NCBI GenBank assembly: GCA_964502705.1
Contig: CAZCXZ010000001.1
Coordinates: forward strand, 25,407 to 89,406
DNA from: Uncultured Candidatus Berkiella sp.
GTDB taxonomy: Bacteria; Pseudomonadota; Gammaproteobacteria; Berkiellales; Berkiellaceae
Direction of reading: 5' to 3'
Length of the DNA stretch: 64,000 bases
Below are positions 47,663 through 58,328 of this stretch, piece after piece. Position 1 is the stretch's first letter; every line of letters begins with the position of its first letter. Below the pieces are notes generated by a model that worked only from the letters and a program-made list of their open reading frames with translations, was not told the DNA's origin and ran no database searches. A program made the translations under genes and the position numbers.

Positions 47663-49114
47663 GTGAACCTACGCTCTCGTCTGCTAATAATAGGATGCTT
47701 TGTTTTGCTTGTGCAAATGATTGCACTCGTTAGCTTGTATTATTTTTATACTTACCCTGAAATTGAGAACCTGGAAAAAAGCGCAGTCGAGAAGCATTTG
47801 CATCGCAGTCTTGAGAATTTTCAACGCCAACTTTATGTATTAGAACAAATTACTCAATTATTAACTTGGCAGCCAAGCATCTCCACCCTGGCAAATAGCG
47901 ACACCATTCCTCAAATTATTGCCAAAGACCCTCTATTAGAAAAAATGGTGCAATATGAATTGAATTTAATGTACATCCTTAATACCGATAAAAAAGTTAT
48001 TTGGGAAGAAATCATCGATCTGAGTAATGAGCAATCTTATCCACATCAAGGTTTCTTAACCTCACTATGGGAAAACTATCCAGGATTCTTAGCACACCCT
48101 TCAATGATGAGCCTTCAAGCCGGTATTTATAACAGCTCTTTAGGACCCATGTTTATCGTCTCTGCGCCTATTGCCGATTACAAGCATCCCCAAGTTGTTA
48201 AGGGAATTTTGATTGTTGGCAGGCTCATTACACCAGAAATGATCCAATTTCTTGAAAATCTTACCTTTACCGATATGAAAGTGTGGCCACTTGAAGGCGC
48301 ATCGTTGAGCAAAAAGCACCTCGACATCATCGACCGCATTCAAAAAAATGGCTCCGAATACCTCATTGAGCGCAATGAAAACTCACTACATGGGTATATG
48401 TCTTTACCCGATTTAAGCAGTAAACCGAATTTATTAATCTCGATATTAATGGGACGCCCCTTTAAAAATCTTGTCAATATTTCGCTCCTGGAGTGTGCCG
48501 CCATCTTTGGAATAACCCAGATCCTATTTTTGATCGGATTATTTTATTTAATTCGCCATGCCCTAATCGTTCCCGCAGGACAACTCGTTGATCAAATGCA
48601 TAGCACGGATAAAAAATGGGTGCCACCTGCCTTAGCAATAAGCCCCAACAGTGACCTAGGGCAACTTAACAGTGCTATTTCTCATTTTATGGTGCGCCAG
48701 CAAAATCAGTTGGCTCATGACACCACAATCGCTTATCGTGAAGGCATGCATCAAGCAAGGCAGGATTTATATCAAGAACTTGAAGAAACCCTGCTACCAT
48801 TATTACAAGGCCTAGATTGGTTTGAGAAAAAGCTTACTAACTTACCTACCAATGACATTGAATGGATCCTTGCAGAAAGTAAGACAGGCCACCTAAGCGC
48901 AACCGAATGGGCAAAATATACTGAAAGATTACAGGTAATTAATGATCGCCTGCGCCTTCAACAAAAAGAAATGCGCCAGCGCATTTTTGAATTACATACG
49001 CAAACTTTACGAAATGCCGCTGTTTTAAGGGCTATTTCGCGTAGCTTAGATCCCTCGAAGCAATTAACACCTATCGGGGCTCGTTATAAAGGTAAGCTGT
49101 CAACAACTAGATAA
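47663..49114 (+). CDS. CHASE4-type membrane sensor protein lacking a recognisable kinase catalytic domain
   Basis: TM, periplasmic CHASE4-like region (PMFIVSAPI...GILIVGR), second TM, helical C-terminus; no N/G1/G2 boxes. Confidence 0.65.
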   Translation: MNLRSRLLIIGCFVLLVQMIALVSLYYFYTYPEIENLEKSAVEKHLHRSLENFQRQLYVLEQITQLLTWQPSISTLANSDTIPQIIAKDPLLEKMVQYELNLMYILNTDKKVIWEEIIDLSNEQSYPHQGFLTSLWENYPGFLAHPSMMSLQAGIYNSSLGPMFIVSAPIADYKHPQVVKGILIVGRLITPEMIQFLENLTFTDMKVWPLEGASLSKKHLDIIDRIQKNGSEYLIERNENSLHGYMSLPDLSSKPNLLISILMGRPFKNLVNISLLECAAIFGITQILFLIGLFYLIRHALIVPAGQLVDQMHSTDKKWVPPALAISPNSDLGQLNSAISHFMVRQQNQLAHDTTIAYREGMHQARQDLYQELEETLLPLLQGLDWFEKKLTNLPTNDIEWILAESKTGHLSATEWAKYTERLQVINDRLRLQQKEMRQRIFELHTQTLRNAAVLRAISRSLDPSKQLTPIGARYKGKLSTTR

Positions 49115-49162
49115 AATTGGCAACATCTTTTATGATTTCAAGAAAAAGGTAAGAGGGTACAC

Positions 49163-51136
49163 GTGTCTAGTTTTAAAATATTACTTATTATTCTCGGCCT
49201 TGCCGTTGTCATCGTTTCCATTTTGCGACGCATGCAGCTGCCTCCTATTTTAGGTTACTTGATTGCAGGTGCTTTGGTAGGGCCTTATGGACTTGGCTTA
49301 TTAGAAAGTAAAGAAGAAATTCGTTACATCGCTGAATTTGGTGTGGTTTTTTTACTGTTCACGATTGGTCTTGAACTCTCATTACCCAAATTAGTCTCTA
49401 TGCGACGCGCATTACTCGGCTTAGGCGGAATGCAAGTCTTATTATGTACCGCTCTTTCAATGGTGATTGCTAAATTTGCAGGCCTTTCTTGGGCTGCAGC
49501 AATTGCTGTGTCGGGTGCATTGGCACTTTCTTCTACCGCAGTCGCAACTAAACAACTTGTAGAGCAAGATGAACTGCACCAGCCACACGGTAAGCTTGCC
49601 TTAGCCATATTACTCTTTCAAGATTTGGCTGCGGTGCCCTTTTTAATTGTCGTCCCTGCGTTAGCTGGCGATGGTCAAGATTCACTACTCGAAGTGTTCG
49701 GGCTTAGAATCGCCGTTGGAACCTTAATTTTTGTGGCCATGCTGGCGGCCGGTCGATGGCTACTACGCCCTCTGTTTCACCATATTGCAGAGGCGCGCTC
49801 ATCTGAACTTTTCATGCTAACCGCTTTATTGGTGGTATTGGCCTCAGCGTTTTTAACAGAACATTACGGGCTATCTGCAGCACTTGGTGCATTTCTGGCA
49901 GGCGTGATGTTAGCTGAGACAGAATATGCTCACCAAATTGAATCCGACATTCAACCATTCCGCGATATTTTGCTCGGGTTATTCTTCATTTCAGTTGGTC
50001 TTGTGTTCAACCCGCTTATTGTCATTTCAGATTGGCAGTGGGTTTTGAGCATTGTTGTTGCACTCATTGTCTTCAAAACGGTCGTGATTACCTTATTAGC
50101 TAAACTTGCCAAGACCTCGCTGATTAGTGCATTACGCACTGGCCTTGTCCTTGCTCAAGGCGGTGAGTTCGGTCTCTTTTTATTAGCGGTTGCTTTAGAT
50201 AAGAAAATTATTGATTTGCACGGCGACCAAATTGTGATAGCCGCCATTGTCATCAGTATGGCCGTCTCACCACTCATGATCCGTAAAAGTGAAAGAATCG
50301 CCATCTTCATTTTACGACTCCTCGGCAAGGTTAGCACGGATGAGCAATTTGAAGATCTTACCTCTGCGCCCAAAAATCAAGAAGACCATGTGATTATTTG
50401 TGGTTATGGTCGCGTGGGACAAACCTTGGCGCGCTTTTTAGAATTCGAAGGGATCCCTTTTGTTGGGTTGGATGTGGATCCGGTTCGTTTGCGAGAAGCC
50501 AGAGCCGCTGCAGAACCCGTCTTTTTTGGCGATCCCGCCCAAGAAAGTGTGCTAGAAGCAGCAGGGATTAGAAAAGCTAAAATGCTCATTATTGCTTTTT
50601 CAAGCCCCAAACAAGCTCTGAAAATATTGCGCAATGTTCGACACCTAAATAAAGACATTCCTGTGTTAGTGCGCACGACAGATGATAGCGATCTGGAAGC
50701 GCTACAAATTGCCGGTGCAACAGAAGTGATCCCTGACAAATTAGAATCAAGCTTGATGCTGGCATCGCATATGCTCATTCTGCTTGGACAATCTCCTGCA
50801 AAAGCGCAACAGCAGGTGAAAGAAGTAAAAGCTAACCGTTATAAATTTTTGCGTGGCTTTTATGAAGGTGAAAATATTGGTCACCTAGAAGAAGTTTCGC
50901 CAGAACGCACCCACTTACATGCAGTTGAATTAACCGACGGTGCTTACGCTGTCGGCAAAACACTAGAACAGTTAATTGCTGAGAAAATTGCTATCAACTT
51001 ATCATCTTTCTCTCGTGGTGGTTATAAATGCCATGCACCTGCTGCACACACGATTTTGCAACCGGGTGATGTTTTAGTGATTGCTGGCACTAACCAAGAA
51101 ATCTTCCTCGTCGAAGAAAAATTATTGCAAGGATAA
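49163..51136 (+). CDS. CPA2-family cation/proton antiporter (KefC/YbaL-like) with RCK domains
   Basis: AEFGVVFLLFTIGLE, SSTA, LLFQD, LAQGGEF, ICGYGRVG, C-terminal TrkA-C-like domain. Confidence 0.92.
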   Translation: MSSFKILLIILGLAVVIVSILRRMQLPPILGYLIAGALVGPYGLGLLESKEEIRYIAEFGVVFLLFTIGLELSLPKLVSMRRALLGLGGMQVLLCTALSMVIAKFAGLSWAAAIAVSGALALSSTAVATKQLVEQDELHQPHGKLALAILLFQDLAAVPFLIVVPALAGDGQDSLLEVFGLRIAVGTLIFVAMLAAGRWLLRPLFHHIAEARSSELFMLTALLVVLASAFLTEHYGLSAALGAFLAGVMLAETEYAHQIESDIQPFRDILLGLFFISVGLVFNPLIVISDWQWVLSIVVALIVFKTVVITLLAKLAKTSLISALRTGLVLAQGGEFGLFLLAVALDKKIIDLHGDQIVIAAIVISMAVSPLMIRKSERIAIFILRLLGKVSTDEQFEDLTSAPKNQEDHVIICGYGRVGQTLARFLEFEGIPFVGLDVDPVRLREARAAAEPVFFGDPAQESVLEAAGIRKAKMLIIAFSSPKQALKILRNVRHLNKDIPVLVRTTDDSDLEALQIAGATEVIPDKLESSLMLASHMLILLGQSPAKAQQQVKEVKANRYKFLRGFYEGENIGHLEEVSPERTHLHAVELTDGAYAVGKTLEQLIAEKIAINLSSFSRGGYKCHAPAAHTILQPGDVLVIAGTNQEIFLVEEKLLQG

Positions 51137-51148
51137 GGCTGCCATACA

Positions 51149-51197
51149 TAGCGGCCTGACCTGCGAAGCTCACAAAGTGAGCGAAGCGGGTTGGCTA
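51149..51197. repeat. Intergenic palindrome with GAA/GAA internal loop
   Basis: TGACCTGC-GAA-GCTCAC-AAA-GTGAGC-GAA-GCGGGTTG flanked by TAGC/GCTA. Confidence 0.5.
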
Positions 51198-51251
51198 CGT
51201 TACGCAGGATGGTTTATATTGCTGCTCAAATTAACCTATTTGAGCAGTATG

Positions 51252-52763
51252 ATGTCGCTCGCCGTTGTCTATAGTCGTGCCAGTTTTGGCCTGCAAGCTC
51301 CTCAAGTGGTGGTTGAAACCCACCTATCTAAAGGGTTACCGCAATTTACCATTGTCGGCTTACCTGAAACTGCCGTTAAAGAAAGCAAAGATCGCGTTCG
51401 TAGCGCATTGCTGCAAAGTGGATATGAATTTCCCAAAAGACGTATCACCGTGAATTTAGCGCCTGCTGATTTACCTAAAGAAGGAGGACGGTTTGATTTA
51501 CCGATTGCCATCAGTATTTTGCTTGCTTCCGAACAACTGCATTGCAACGATATTAACGAATATGAACTTGCCGGAGAACTGGCACTCAGCGGTGATTTAA
51601 GGCCTATTAAAGGGATTTTACCACTGGCACTGGCAACGCAAAAAATGGATCGTCAGCTGATTATCCCGTTTGGTAATCATGAAGAAGCCGCGTGGGTATC
51701 GCCATTAATTATTTATGCCATACCAACATTTAGCGCTGTCTGTGCGCATTTGAGTGGCATCACTACGCATTTGCCACTTAAAGAAATTTCGCATACGCAA
51801 TTTCATCAACATGACGATGCCTGCCTCTCTGAAGTCTGCGGCCAACAGCATGCTAAACGCGCATTAGAAATTGCTGCGTCCGGCGCTCACAGTTTATTAA
51901 TGGTGGGACCACCCGGCACGGGCAAAACGATGCTAGCAAGTCGTCTTTCAACTATTTTACCACCGCTGACACAAGCAGAAGCGCTAGAAATTGCAGCAGT
52001 CTATTCGATAAGTCAGCAAGGCTTTGATGCCAGAACGTTGACAAAAAGACCGTTTCGCCGTCCTCATCACACGGCTTCTGCGGTTTCGTTGGTTGGTGGA
52101 GGACGTTATCCTTTGCCTGGAGAAGTTTCGTTAGCCCATCTGGGCGTGCTCTTTTTAGACGAGCTCCCCGAGTTTAGTCGTCATGTATTGGAAGTGCTGC
52201 GTGAGCCACTCGAGTCAGGCTGCATTCATCTATCACGTGCGCAAGGTCAGGCTGAGTATCCTGCTCGCTGCCAATTAATTGCCGCAATGAATCCTTGCCC
52301 TTGCGGTTACTTGTCTAGCCCACAACATGAATGTCGCTGCACGGCAGAGCAAATTCAGCGCTATCGTAACAAAATATCAGGCCCGCTTCTCGATCGTATT
52401 GATATGCATATTGAGGTACCTGCGTTAGCAGCACATCAGCTTGCCGCTTTTGAGCCCGAAAAAGAAGAATCCAGTATTCACGTTCAAGCGCGTGTTCAGC
52501 AAGCACGTGCGCGCCAGCAGGCACGAAGCCCGCACCCTAATTCCAAACTGACGACTCGAGAAATCGTGACCTTTTGCAAGCTAGAAAAACGCGCTGAACA
52601 ATTGCTCACTATGGCAATGGAGAAGCTGGGGATCTCAGCTAGAGCTTATCATCGCATTTTGAAAGTGGCTCGAACTATTGCTGATTTAGCTGATTCACAA
52701 AGCATTCAGAATGCTCACATAGCTGAAGCGATTCAATTTCGAAAATATGATAAGCAGACATAA
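51252..52763 (+). CDS. comM: YifB/ComM Mg-chelatase-like AAA+ ATPase
   Basis: MSLAVVYSRA, IVGLP, NLAPADLPKEGGRFDL, GPPGTGKT, PHHTAS, LFLDE, AAMNPCPCG; start 51249 or 51252. Confidence 0.95.
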   Translation: MSLAVVYSRASFGLQAPQVVVETHLSKGLPQFTIVGLPETAVKESKDRVRSALLQSGYEFPKRRITVNLAPADLPKEGGRFDLPIAISILLASEQLHCNDINEYELAGELALSGDLRPIKGILPLALATQKMDRQLIIPFGNHEEAAWVSPLIIYAIPTFSAVCAHLSGITTHLPLKEISHTQFHQHDDACLSEVCGQQHAKRALEIAASGAHSLLMVGPPGTGKTMLASRLSTILPPLTQAEALEIAAVYSISQQGFDARTLTKRPFRRPHHTASAVSLVGGGRYPLPGEVSLAHLGVLFLDELPEFSRHVLEVLREPLESGCIHLSRAQGQAEYPARCQLIAAMNPCPCGYLSSPQHECRCTAEQIQRYRNKISGPLLDRIDMHIEVPALAAHQLAAFEPEKEESSIHVQARVQQARARQQARSPHPNSKLTTREIVTFCKLEKRAEQLLTMAMEKLGISARAYHRILKVARTIADLADSQSIQNAHIAEAIQFRKYDKQT

Positions 52764-52782
52764 TGCGATAGACTAGACAAAA

Positions 52783-54861
52783 ATGGCTTTTAACAACAAC
52801 AAGAAAGGGATATCTGTGTTAGCGTTTAGCATTTCAATTTTCCTAAGTGCTTTGTTACTTTTCATTATTCAACCGTTGCTGGCGAAAACGTTGCTACCGC
52901 TATTTGGTGGCTCTCCTGCTGTATGGCTTTCCAACCTAGTCTTCTACCAAATGACCTTGTTGCTAGGTTATGCTTATGCCTATTTTGTGACTAAATTGCC
53001 GCGCTTCTCGTGGCAGGCCATTTTGCACACTTCATTATTAGCCATATCACTGTTCCTCTTGCCGATTACACCGGCAAGCGAATTATCACAATTAAATTTG
53101 TGGCAACCACTCACGGTTTTTGCTGTATTAAGCGCGACATTACTTGTTCCTGTTATGGTACTGTCTGCCACTGGGCCATTATTACAATATTGGTATTACC
53201 AAAGTTACCAGAGCGATTTCCCATATCGCTATTATGCGCTATCCAATTTTGGTTCATTGTTAGGTTTGTTTGCTTTTCCATTAATGCTAGAGCCCTTCTT
53301 TGGACTTAAAGTGCAGCTGGTTTGGTGGTCGATTGGATACGGCTTATTTTTTATAACCTGCTCGACCTGTGCTGCCATCACAGCCAAAAGAAATCGCACC
53401 GTCAACATTTCCGTCAAGCCTCGAAGCCGTATTGCGAATAAAGCGCTCTTATCCTGGTTACTTCTCACCGCGCTAAGTAGTGCCTTGCTGTTAACCACAA
53501 CGCAAGTCATGTTGCAAAGTATCATCGGGTTTCCCTTGTTATGGGTTATTCCACTGGCGCTCTATCTTATTTCTTATATCATTATTTTTTATCAGCCACG
53601 TTGGTATGCACGTTCGGTTTGGGTTCCACTATTTTTAGGGTTAAGCGCCTTTATCTTCTATCTTCCGACCCATCATCAGCTCACACTATTAATCCAAATA
53701 GTGGCTTTTGCATTATTGCTACTCTCTGGCTGCATGATTTGTCATGGTGAGATTTATCTTTCGAAGCCAGACAAAGATCATCTAACGTTTTATTATCTCA
53801 TGATGGCGCTAGGCAGTGTCATCGGTGGGCTATTTGTAAATTTAGTCTCGCCGCTGATTTTTAATGAATCATGGGATTTTTATGGCACGATATTAGCCAT
53901 TTTCCTTTACATTATTGCTTTCCCGATTGCGAAAGCTTCTCAAGCTGGTTCGAAATTTTATCGAACACTGCTTCCGCTATCATTATTCTTTTTTGCTGGG
54001 TTAATTGGTCTAATCCATTACAATTTCAAAAAAACGCATGCCGATTTGATATATACACATCGGAATTTCTTGGGAAAATTCGAAGTAGCAGAGCGTCAAC
54101 TGGGCGAACAAGACCACACACGGATGTTGCGTAATGGCAATATCTTACATGGCCAGCAATATATGGATCCCAGTTTTAGCAATGTTGCCACCACCTACTA
54201 TAACCGCAAAAGTGGACTCGGCTTAGCCATTGATTACTTACGTTACAATAATATCAATACACAAAATCGTTTGCGTATTGGTGCAATTGGCTTGGGTGCA
54301 GGAACGATTGCTGCACTTGCCTACAAAGGCGATCTCGTTCGATTTTATGAATTGGATCCCGATATTGCTGAGGTCGCTAAAAAATATTTTACGTTCTTGA
54401 TGGAGAGCCCGGCACAGACTGAAGTCGTGATTGATGATGGCAGACTGGCGCTCACGAAAGAATGGGAAAAAAATGGATCACAGCAGTTTGATATTATCGT
54501 TGTCGATGCCTTTAATGGTGATGCAATTCCTTTTCATCTGCTCACGATCGAAGCCTTTAATATTTATCTGAATCACCTGAAACCGAATGGCATTTTGGCA
54601 TTTCATATCTCTAGCCGTTATGTTGATCTTTATCCTCCTTTACAGGCATTAGCAACAGAACTGGATCTATCTGCTTATTTGTCGAACTATGCACCCAAAA
54701 ATGAGCGCTGGGTATCACAATCTGAGTGGCTATTAATCAGTCGTCAACCTGATATAGGCATCTTTCTGTTTAACCACGGCGCTTTAAACTTTCGCCATGG
54801 ACGAATGGCCGATATCTGGACAGATGATTATAATTATCTCTTGCCGATTATGCGCTGGTAA
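52783..54861 (+). CDS. Membrane protein fused to spermidine-synthase-like SAM-dependent domain
   Basis: Multiple TM helices (LPLFGGSPAVW, YALSNFGSL, CHGE), then HGQQ, IGLGAGTIA, YELDP, DGR, VDAF, WTDDY. Confidence 0.85.
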   Translation: MAFNNNKKGISVLAFSISIFLSALLLFIIQPLLAKTLLPLFGGSPAVWLSNLVFYQMTLLLGYAYAYFVTKLPRFSWQAILHTSLLAISLFLLPITPASELSQLNLWQPLTVFAVLSATLLVPVMVLSATGPLLQYWYYQSYQSDFPYRYYALSNFGSLLGLFAFPLMLEPFFGLKVQLVWWSIGYGLFFITCSTCAAITAKRNRTVNISVKPRSRIANKALLSWLLLTALSSALLLTTTQVMLQSIIGFPLLWVIPLALYLISYIIIFYQPRWYARSVWVPLFLGLSAFIFYLPTHHQLTLLIQIVAFALLLLSGCMICHGEIYLSKPDKDHLTFYYLMMALGSVIGGLFVNLVSPLIFNESWDFYGTILAIFLYIIAFPIAKASQAGSKFYRTLLPLSLFFFAGLIGLIHYNFKKTHADLIYTHRNFLGKFEVAERQLGEQDHTRMLRNGNILHGQQYMDPSFSNVATTYYNRKSGLGLAIDYLRYNNINTQNRLRIGAIGLGAGTIAALAYKGDLVRFYELDPDIAEVAKKYFTFLMESPAQTEVVIDDGRLALTKEWEKNGSQQFDIIVVDAFNGDAIPFHLLTIEAFNIYLNHLKPNGILAFHISSRYVDLYPPLQALATELDLSAYLSNYAPKNERWVSQSEWLLISRQPDIGIFLFNHGALNFRHGRMADIWTDDYNYLLPIMRW

Positions 54862-54900
54862 CTTAAACTCCACGGCCCTAAAGTTGATTGAAAAGCACTC

Positions 54901-56931
54901 ATGTTAGAACTAAATAAAGAGCAAAAGGCCGCTATCCACTATACAGACGGCCCGCTTCTGGTTATCGCAGGAGCAGGTAGCGGCAAGACGCGTGTAATCA
55001 CGCAAAAAATTGCCTTCCTTATTTCAGAATGTGATTTACTCCCCCAACAAATTTATGCGGTGACCTTCACGAATAAAGCGGCCAGCGAAATGGCCGAACG
55101 AACGCAAAAATTACTGAAAAAAATTCCGCAAAAGGGTAAATCGAGACAAAAAATTCAAGTCTCAACTTTTCATTCTTTAGGTTTATCGATCATAAAAAGA
55201 GAGGCCACTCATTTAAATCTCAATGCAAATTTCACGCTATTTGATGCCTACGATGCACAACATTTACTAAAAGAACTTGGTGAACGCGTTGCTGCCGTCA
55301 GTGACGACAGCTTAAAATCGATTGCGATGCAAATTTCTAATTGGAAAAATGAACTCAAAACGCCTGAACAAGCATTAAATGAAGCAACGCAAGAAGCCGA
55401 GCACCTTGCTGCACGATTTTTTGTCCATTATGAAAACGCATTGCGCTCATACAATGCTGTTGATTTTGACGATCTGATTGCACTGCCTTTTAAATTATTT
55501 AATGATAACCGCGAAATACTCGATAAATGGCAAGATAAAATTCGCTACTTATTAGTCGATGAATATCAAGATACGAATACCGCACAGTATGAGCTTATTA
55601 AATGTCTTTGCGGCGTCAGACAAGCTTTAACGGTCGTGGGTGATGATGACCAATCCATCTATGCTTGGCGCGGTGCGCACCCTGAAAATATCCAGCGCCT
55701 GCAAAAAGATTATCCTCGTTTAAGTGTGATCAAGTTAGAGCAAAACTATCGCTCAACCAGTAACATTTTATTTTCTGCCAATCAATTAATTGCAAACAAT
55801 CCACATTTATTTGAAAAGAAATTGTGGAGCACACACGGCAGCGGTGATCCGATCCGCATTATTGCCTGCGCCAACGAAACGGCGGAAGCCGAACGCGTTG
55901 TGCACGAAATCGTTGCCCATCAATTTCGTCATCGTTTAGCACATCATGATTATGCGATTTTATATCGTAGCAACCATCAAGCACGCAATTTGGAACAAGC
56001 GCTTCGTGAACAAGGGATCCCCTATCATGTGAGTGGCGGTGTTTCTTTTTTCTCTCGTACTGAAATAAAAGATCTCTTTGCTTACTTTCGTTTGATGATT
56101 AATCCACAAGATGATTCTGCTTTTATTCGCTGCGTTAATATTCCGCGCCGTGATATTGGCCCTGCAACCATTGAAAAGCTGGGGCTTTATGCTAAAGAAC
56201 GGCAAATCAGTTTACTTGATGCTTCCATGGAATTTGGACTCACCCAATGGTTAGATGAAAAAGCCTGCAATCGCGTTAAAGCATTTGCTGATCTTATCCT
56301 TGAAACCAAACATCAACTCTTTGAAGCAGATAATTGCGTCACGCAAGTGGAAGCCTTCATTGAAACCATTCGCTATCATGAACATCTTACAGATACCGCG
56401 CCCAATCCGGTTAATGCGCAAAAGAAGATTGATAACACCAAAGAATTGCTTGCATGGCTTAAACGTCTAACCGACCCGACGCTAGAATCGCCACTTCGTT
56501 TCGAAGAAGCAATCCATAAAATGACGTTGATCGATATGCTCGATAGGCAAGGTGAGCAAAATATCAATGCCGTGCAATTGATGACATTGCATGCCGCAAA
56601 AGGGCTCGAATTTCCGCACGTCTATATTATTGGTTGGGAAGAGGAAACGCTTCCTCATAAAACGAGTATTGCACTAGATACCGTAGCCGAAGAAAGACGG
56701 TTAGCCTATGTGGGCATGACACGCGCGCAAAAGACGCTGACGCTGACTTATCCTAAACAACGTAAACGTTATGGCGAATGGCAAATTATCACCCCCAGCC
56801 GCTTTTTAGACGAACTACCGGCTGATTATTTACAGTGGGAAGGACAAACGGAAGCGACAGAAGAACAGCAGCGCTCAAGTGGCCAAAACCACCTGAATGC
56901 GCTCAAAGCGTTATTACAACAAACAGATTAA
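54901..56931 (+). CDS. rep: ATP-dependent DNA helicase Rep (UvrD family)
   Basis: AGAGSGKTRVIT, TFTNKAA, LVDEYQDTN, LEQNYRS, LMTLHAAKGLEF; 676 aa with Rep-type C-terminus. Confidence 0.93.
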   Translation: MLELNKEQKAAIHYTDGPLLVIAGAGSGKTRVITQKIAFLISECDLLPQQIYAVTFTNKAASEMAERTQKLLKKIPQKGKSRQKIQVSTFHSLGLSIIKREATHLNLNANFTLFDAYDAQHLLKELGERVAAVSDDSLKSIAMQISNWKNELKTPEQALNEATQEAEHLAARFFVHYENALRSYNAVDFDDLIALPFKLFNDNREILDKWQDKIRYLLVDEYQDTNTAQYELIKCLCGVRQALTVVGDDDQSIYAWRGAHPENIQRLQKDYPRLSVIKLEQNYRSTSNILFSANQLIANNPHLFEKKLWSTHGSGDPIRIIACANETAEAERVVHEIVAHQFRHRLAHHDYAILYRSNHQARNLEQALREQGIPYHVSGGVSFFSRTEIKDLFAYFRLMINPQDDSAFIRCVNIPRRDIGPATIEKLGLYAKERQISLLDASMEFGLTQWLDEKACNRVKAFADLILETKHQLFEADNCVTQVEAFIETIRYHEHLTDTAPNPVNAQKKIDNTKELLAWLKRLTDPTLESPLRFEEAIHKMTLIDMLDRQGEQNINAVQLMTLHAAKGLEFPHVYIIGWEEETLPHKTSIALDTVAEERRLAYVGMTRAQKTLTLTYPKQRKRYGEWQIITPSRFLDELPADYLQWEGQTEATEEQQRSSGQNHLNALKALLQQTD

Positions 56932-56942
56932 ATTAGCGGCAA

Positions 56943-56972
56943 CCCGGCGTCGCTAAAGCTATGCCGGGCAGG
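56943..56972. repeat. Short palindromic repeat between convergent rep and cytochrome c5
   Basis: CCCGGC-GTC-GC-TAAA-GC-TAT-GCCGGG-CAGG; same stem/3x3 loop/stem design as 51157-51193. Confidence 0.5.
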
Positions 56973-56998
56973 CACCGCATAAAAGCCGAAGGCGCAGA

Positions 56999-57433
56999 TT
57001 ATTTTGGTAGCATGTGTTGAATAGCCATTTTCAACTCTTCATCCGAACACTGCATACAGGTTCCTTTAGGTGGCATCGCGCCTTTACCCTTGATGGCAAT
57101 CGCTAACATTTCATCCATACCGGCTGCCATGCGGGATTTCCACTCAGCGGCATTACGGAACTTCGGTGCACCACCGACGCCGGTCTCATGACAAACTGCA
57201 CAGGTCGACTTGTATCGATCTTCACCTGCTGTGGGGCCTAACGCTTCGCTGGTGAGCGCAACGGGGGCTGGCCCACCACCTTCAGCGTCGACCTTACCAA
57301 TCGGCGTGATGCGCTTAGCAATTGCGTCTGGCGTCATGGGTTCGGTCAAACGACCACAATCAGCAACCGCAACAGCTGGCACGGTTAACGCTAACAAGAT
57401 GTAACTGATAAGAATTCGAATGCTTATTTTCAC
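56999..57433 (-). CDS. Cytochrome c5
   Basis: Signal peptide, IAKRITPIGKV, CAVCH, GAPK, MPPKGTCMQC. Confidence 0.93.
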   Translation of the reverse strand: MKISIRILISYILLALTVPAVAVADCGRLTEPMTPDAIAKRITPIGKVDAEGGGPAPVALTSEALGPTAGEDRYKSTCAVCHETGVGGAPKFRNAAEWKSRMAAGMDEMLAIAIKGKGAMPPKGTCMQCSDEELKMAIQHMLPK

Positions 57434-57534
57434 CCTTTGCTCCGGTGTGGGGTTTCAAACTTTGGCCCATAGTATACCCACTCTTTTTTCATGCGCCAAA
57501 CAAGCTTAAAATCTAGTTTTATAACTTTTTGATA

Positions 57535-58272
57535 CTACCAATGAGATGGCAGTTTTAATTGGTGACCATTGCGATTGAGCCAACGATCTTGCTCTTTAAA
57601 ATCCGCCATACACTCGGCGACTTTGGCCCAAAACCTTGGACCGTGGTTTCGATAAAATAAATGCCCCAACTCATGAGCAACCACATATTCTAGAACGCCG
57701 GGTGGCGCTAAGACTAATAACCAATTCAAATAGATTTTTTGGGTGATCCCACAACTGCCCCAACGGCTTTTTTGCTGTTTAATGTGTAAGGCTTTGGGCC
57801 ATCGCCCTAGTTGTGTGCAAAATACCGTCGCACACGCCTGTATAATGGTCATTGCTTGCTGCTGGTACCAACTTAACAACTGCTTTTTGATCTCGCTCTC
57901 AAGCGCTGCACAATGCGTTTGCCAGGGCATGCACACTATCAGTTTATCACCTTGTCGCTCTATCGAAGCATTGGCCCCATAAATGACCACTAAAGATAAT
58001 TGCGATCCTCGATAAGGCACTTGTTCATTTGCCAAAAATTGCAAAGGCCAGATTGAAGCTTGCTGCGAGCATTTTTTTACTTGTCGCGTAAGCTGCTTAC
58101 CCATCCAAGGGCGGTGCTCGGTAATAAACTGGAGAATGGCTTGATTGGTTACACGTTTAGGCGCTACGACCTCAAAAAACTGCGCCCTCGCGATAATATG
58201 TAAACGTTTGGCACGCTCACTTCGTCGCAGTGTAAAGAAAAGTGGTTTATGATCGTATTGAATAAACGGCAT
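57535..58272 (-). CDS. YgjP/DUF45-like zinc metallopeptidase-family protein
   Basis: QKSRWGSC, LNWLL, YVVAHELGH, NHGPRFW. Confidence 0.88.
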   Translation of the reverse strand: MPFIQYDHKPLFFTLRRSERAKRLHIIARAQFFEVVAPKRVTNQAILQFITEHRPWMGKQLTRQVKKCSQQASIWPLQFLANEQVPYRGSQLSLVVIYGANASIERQGDKLIVCMPWQTHCAALESEIKKQLLSWYQQQAMTIIQACATVFCTQLGRWPKALHIKQQKSRWGSCGITQKIYLNWLLVLAPPGVLEYVVAHELGHLFYRNHGPRFWAKVAECMADFKEQDRWLNRNGHQLKLPSHW

Positions 58273-58328
58273 TTTTAAATAAGTTAAATTTCAAAAAAAT
58301 TACGCCACATCAGGCAGGAAAGCATAAC

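Noticed and set aside
51081-51251. N-terminal extension of comM in the ORF track
   Set aside because: Overlaps the antiporter end and a palindrome; the family start is MSLAVVYSRA.
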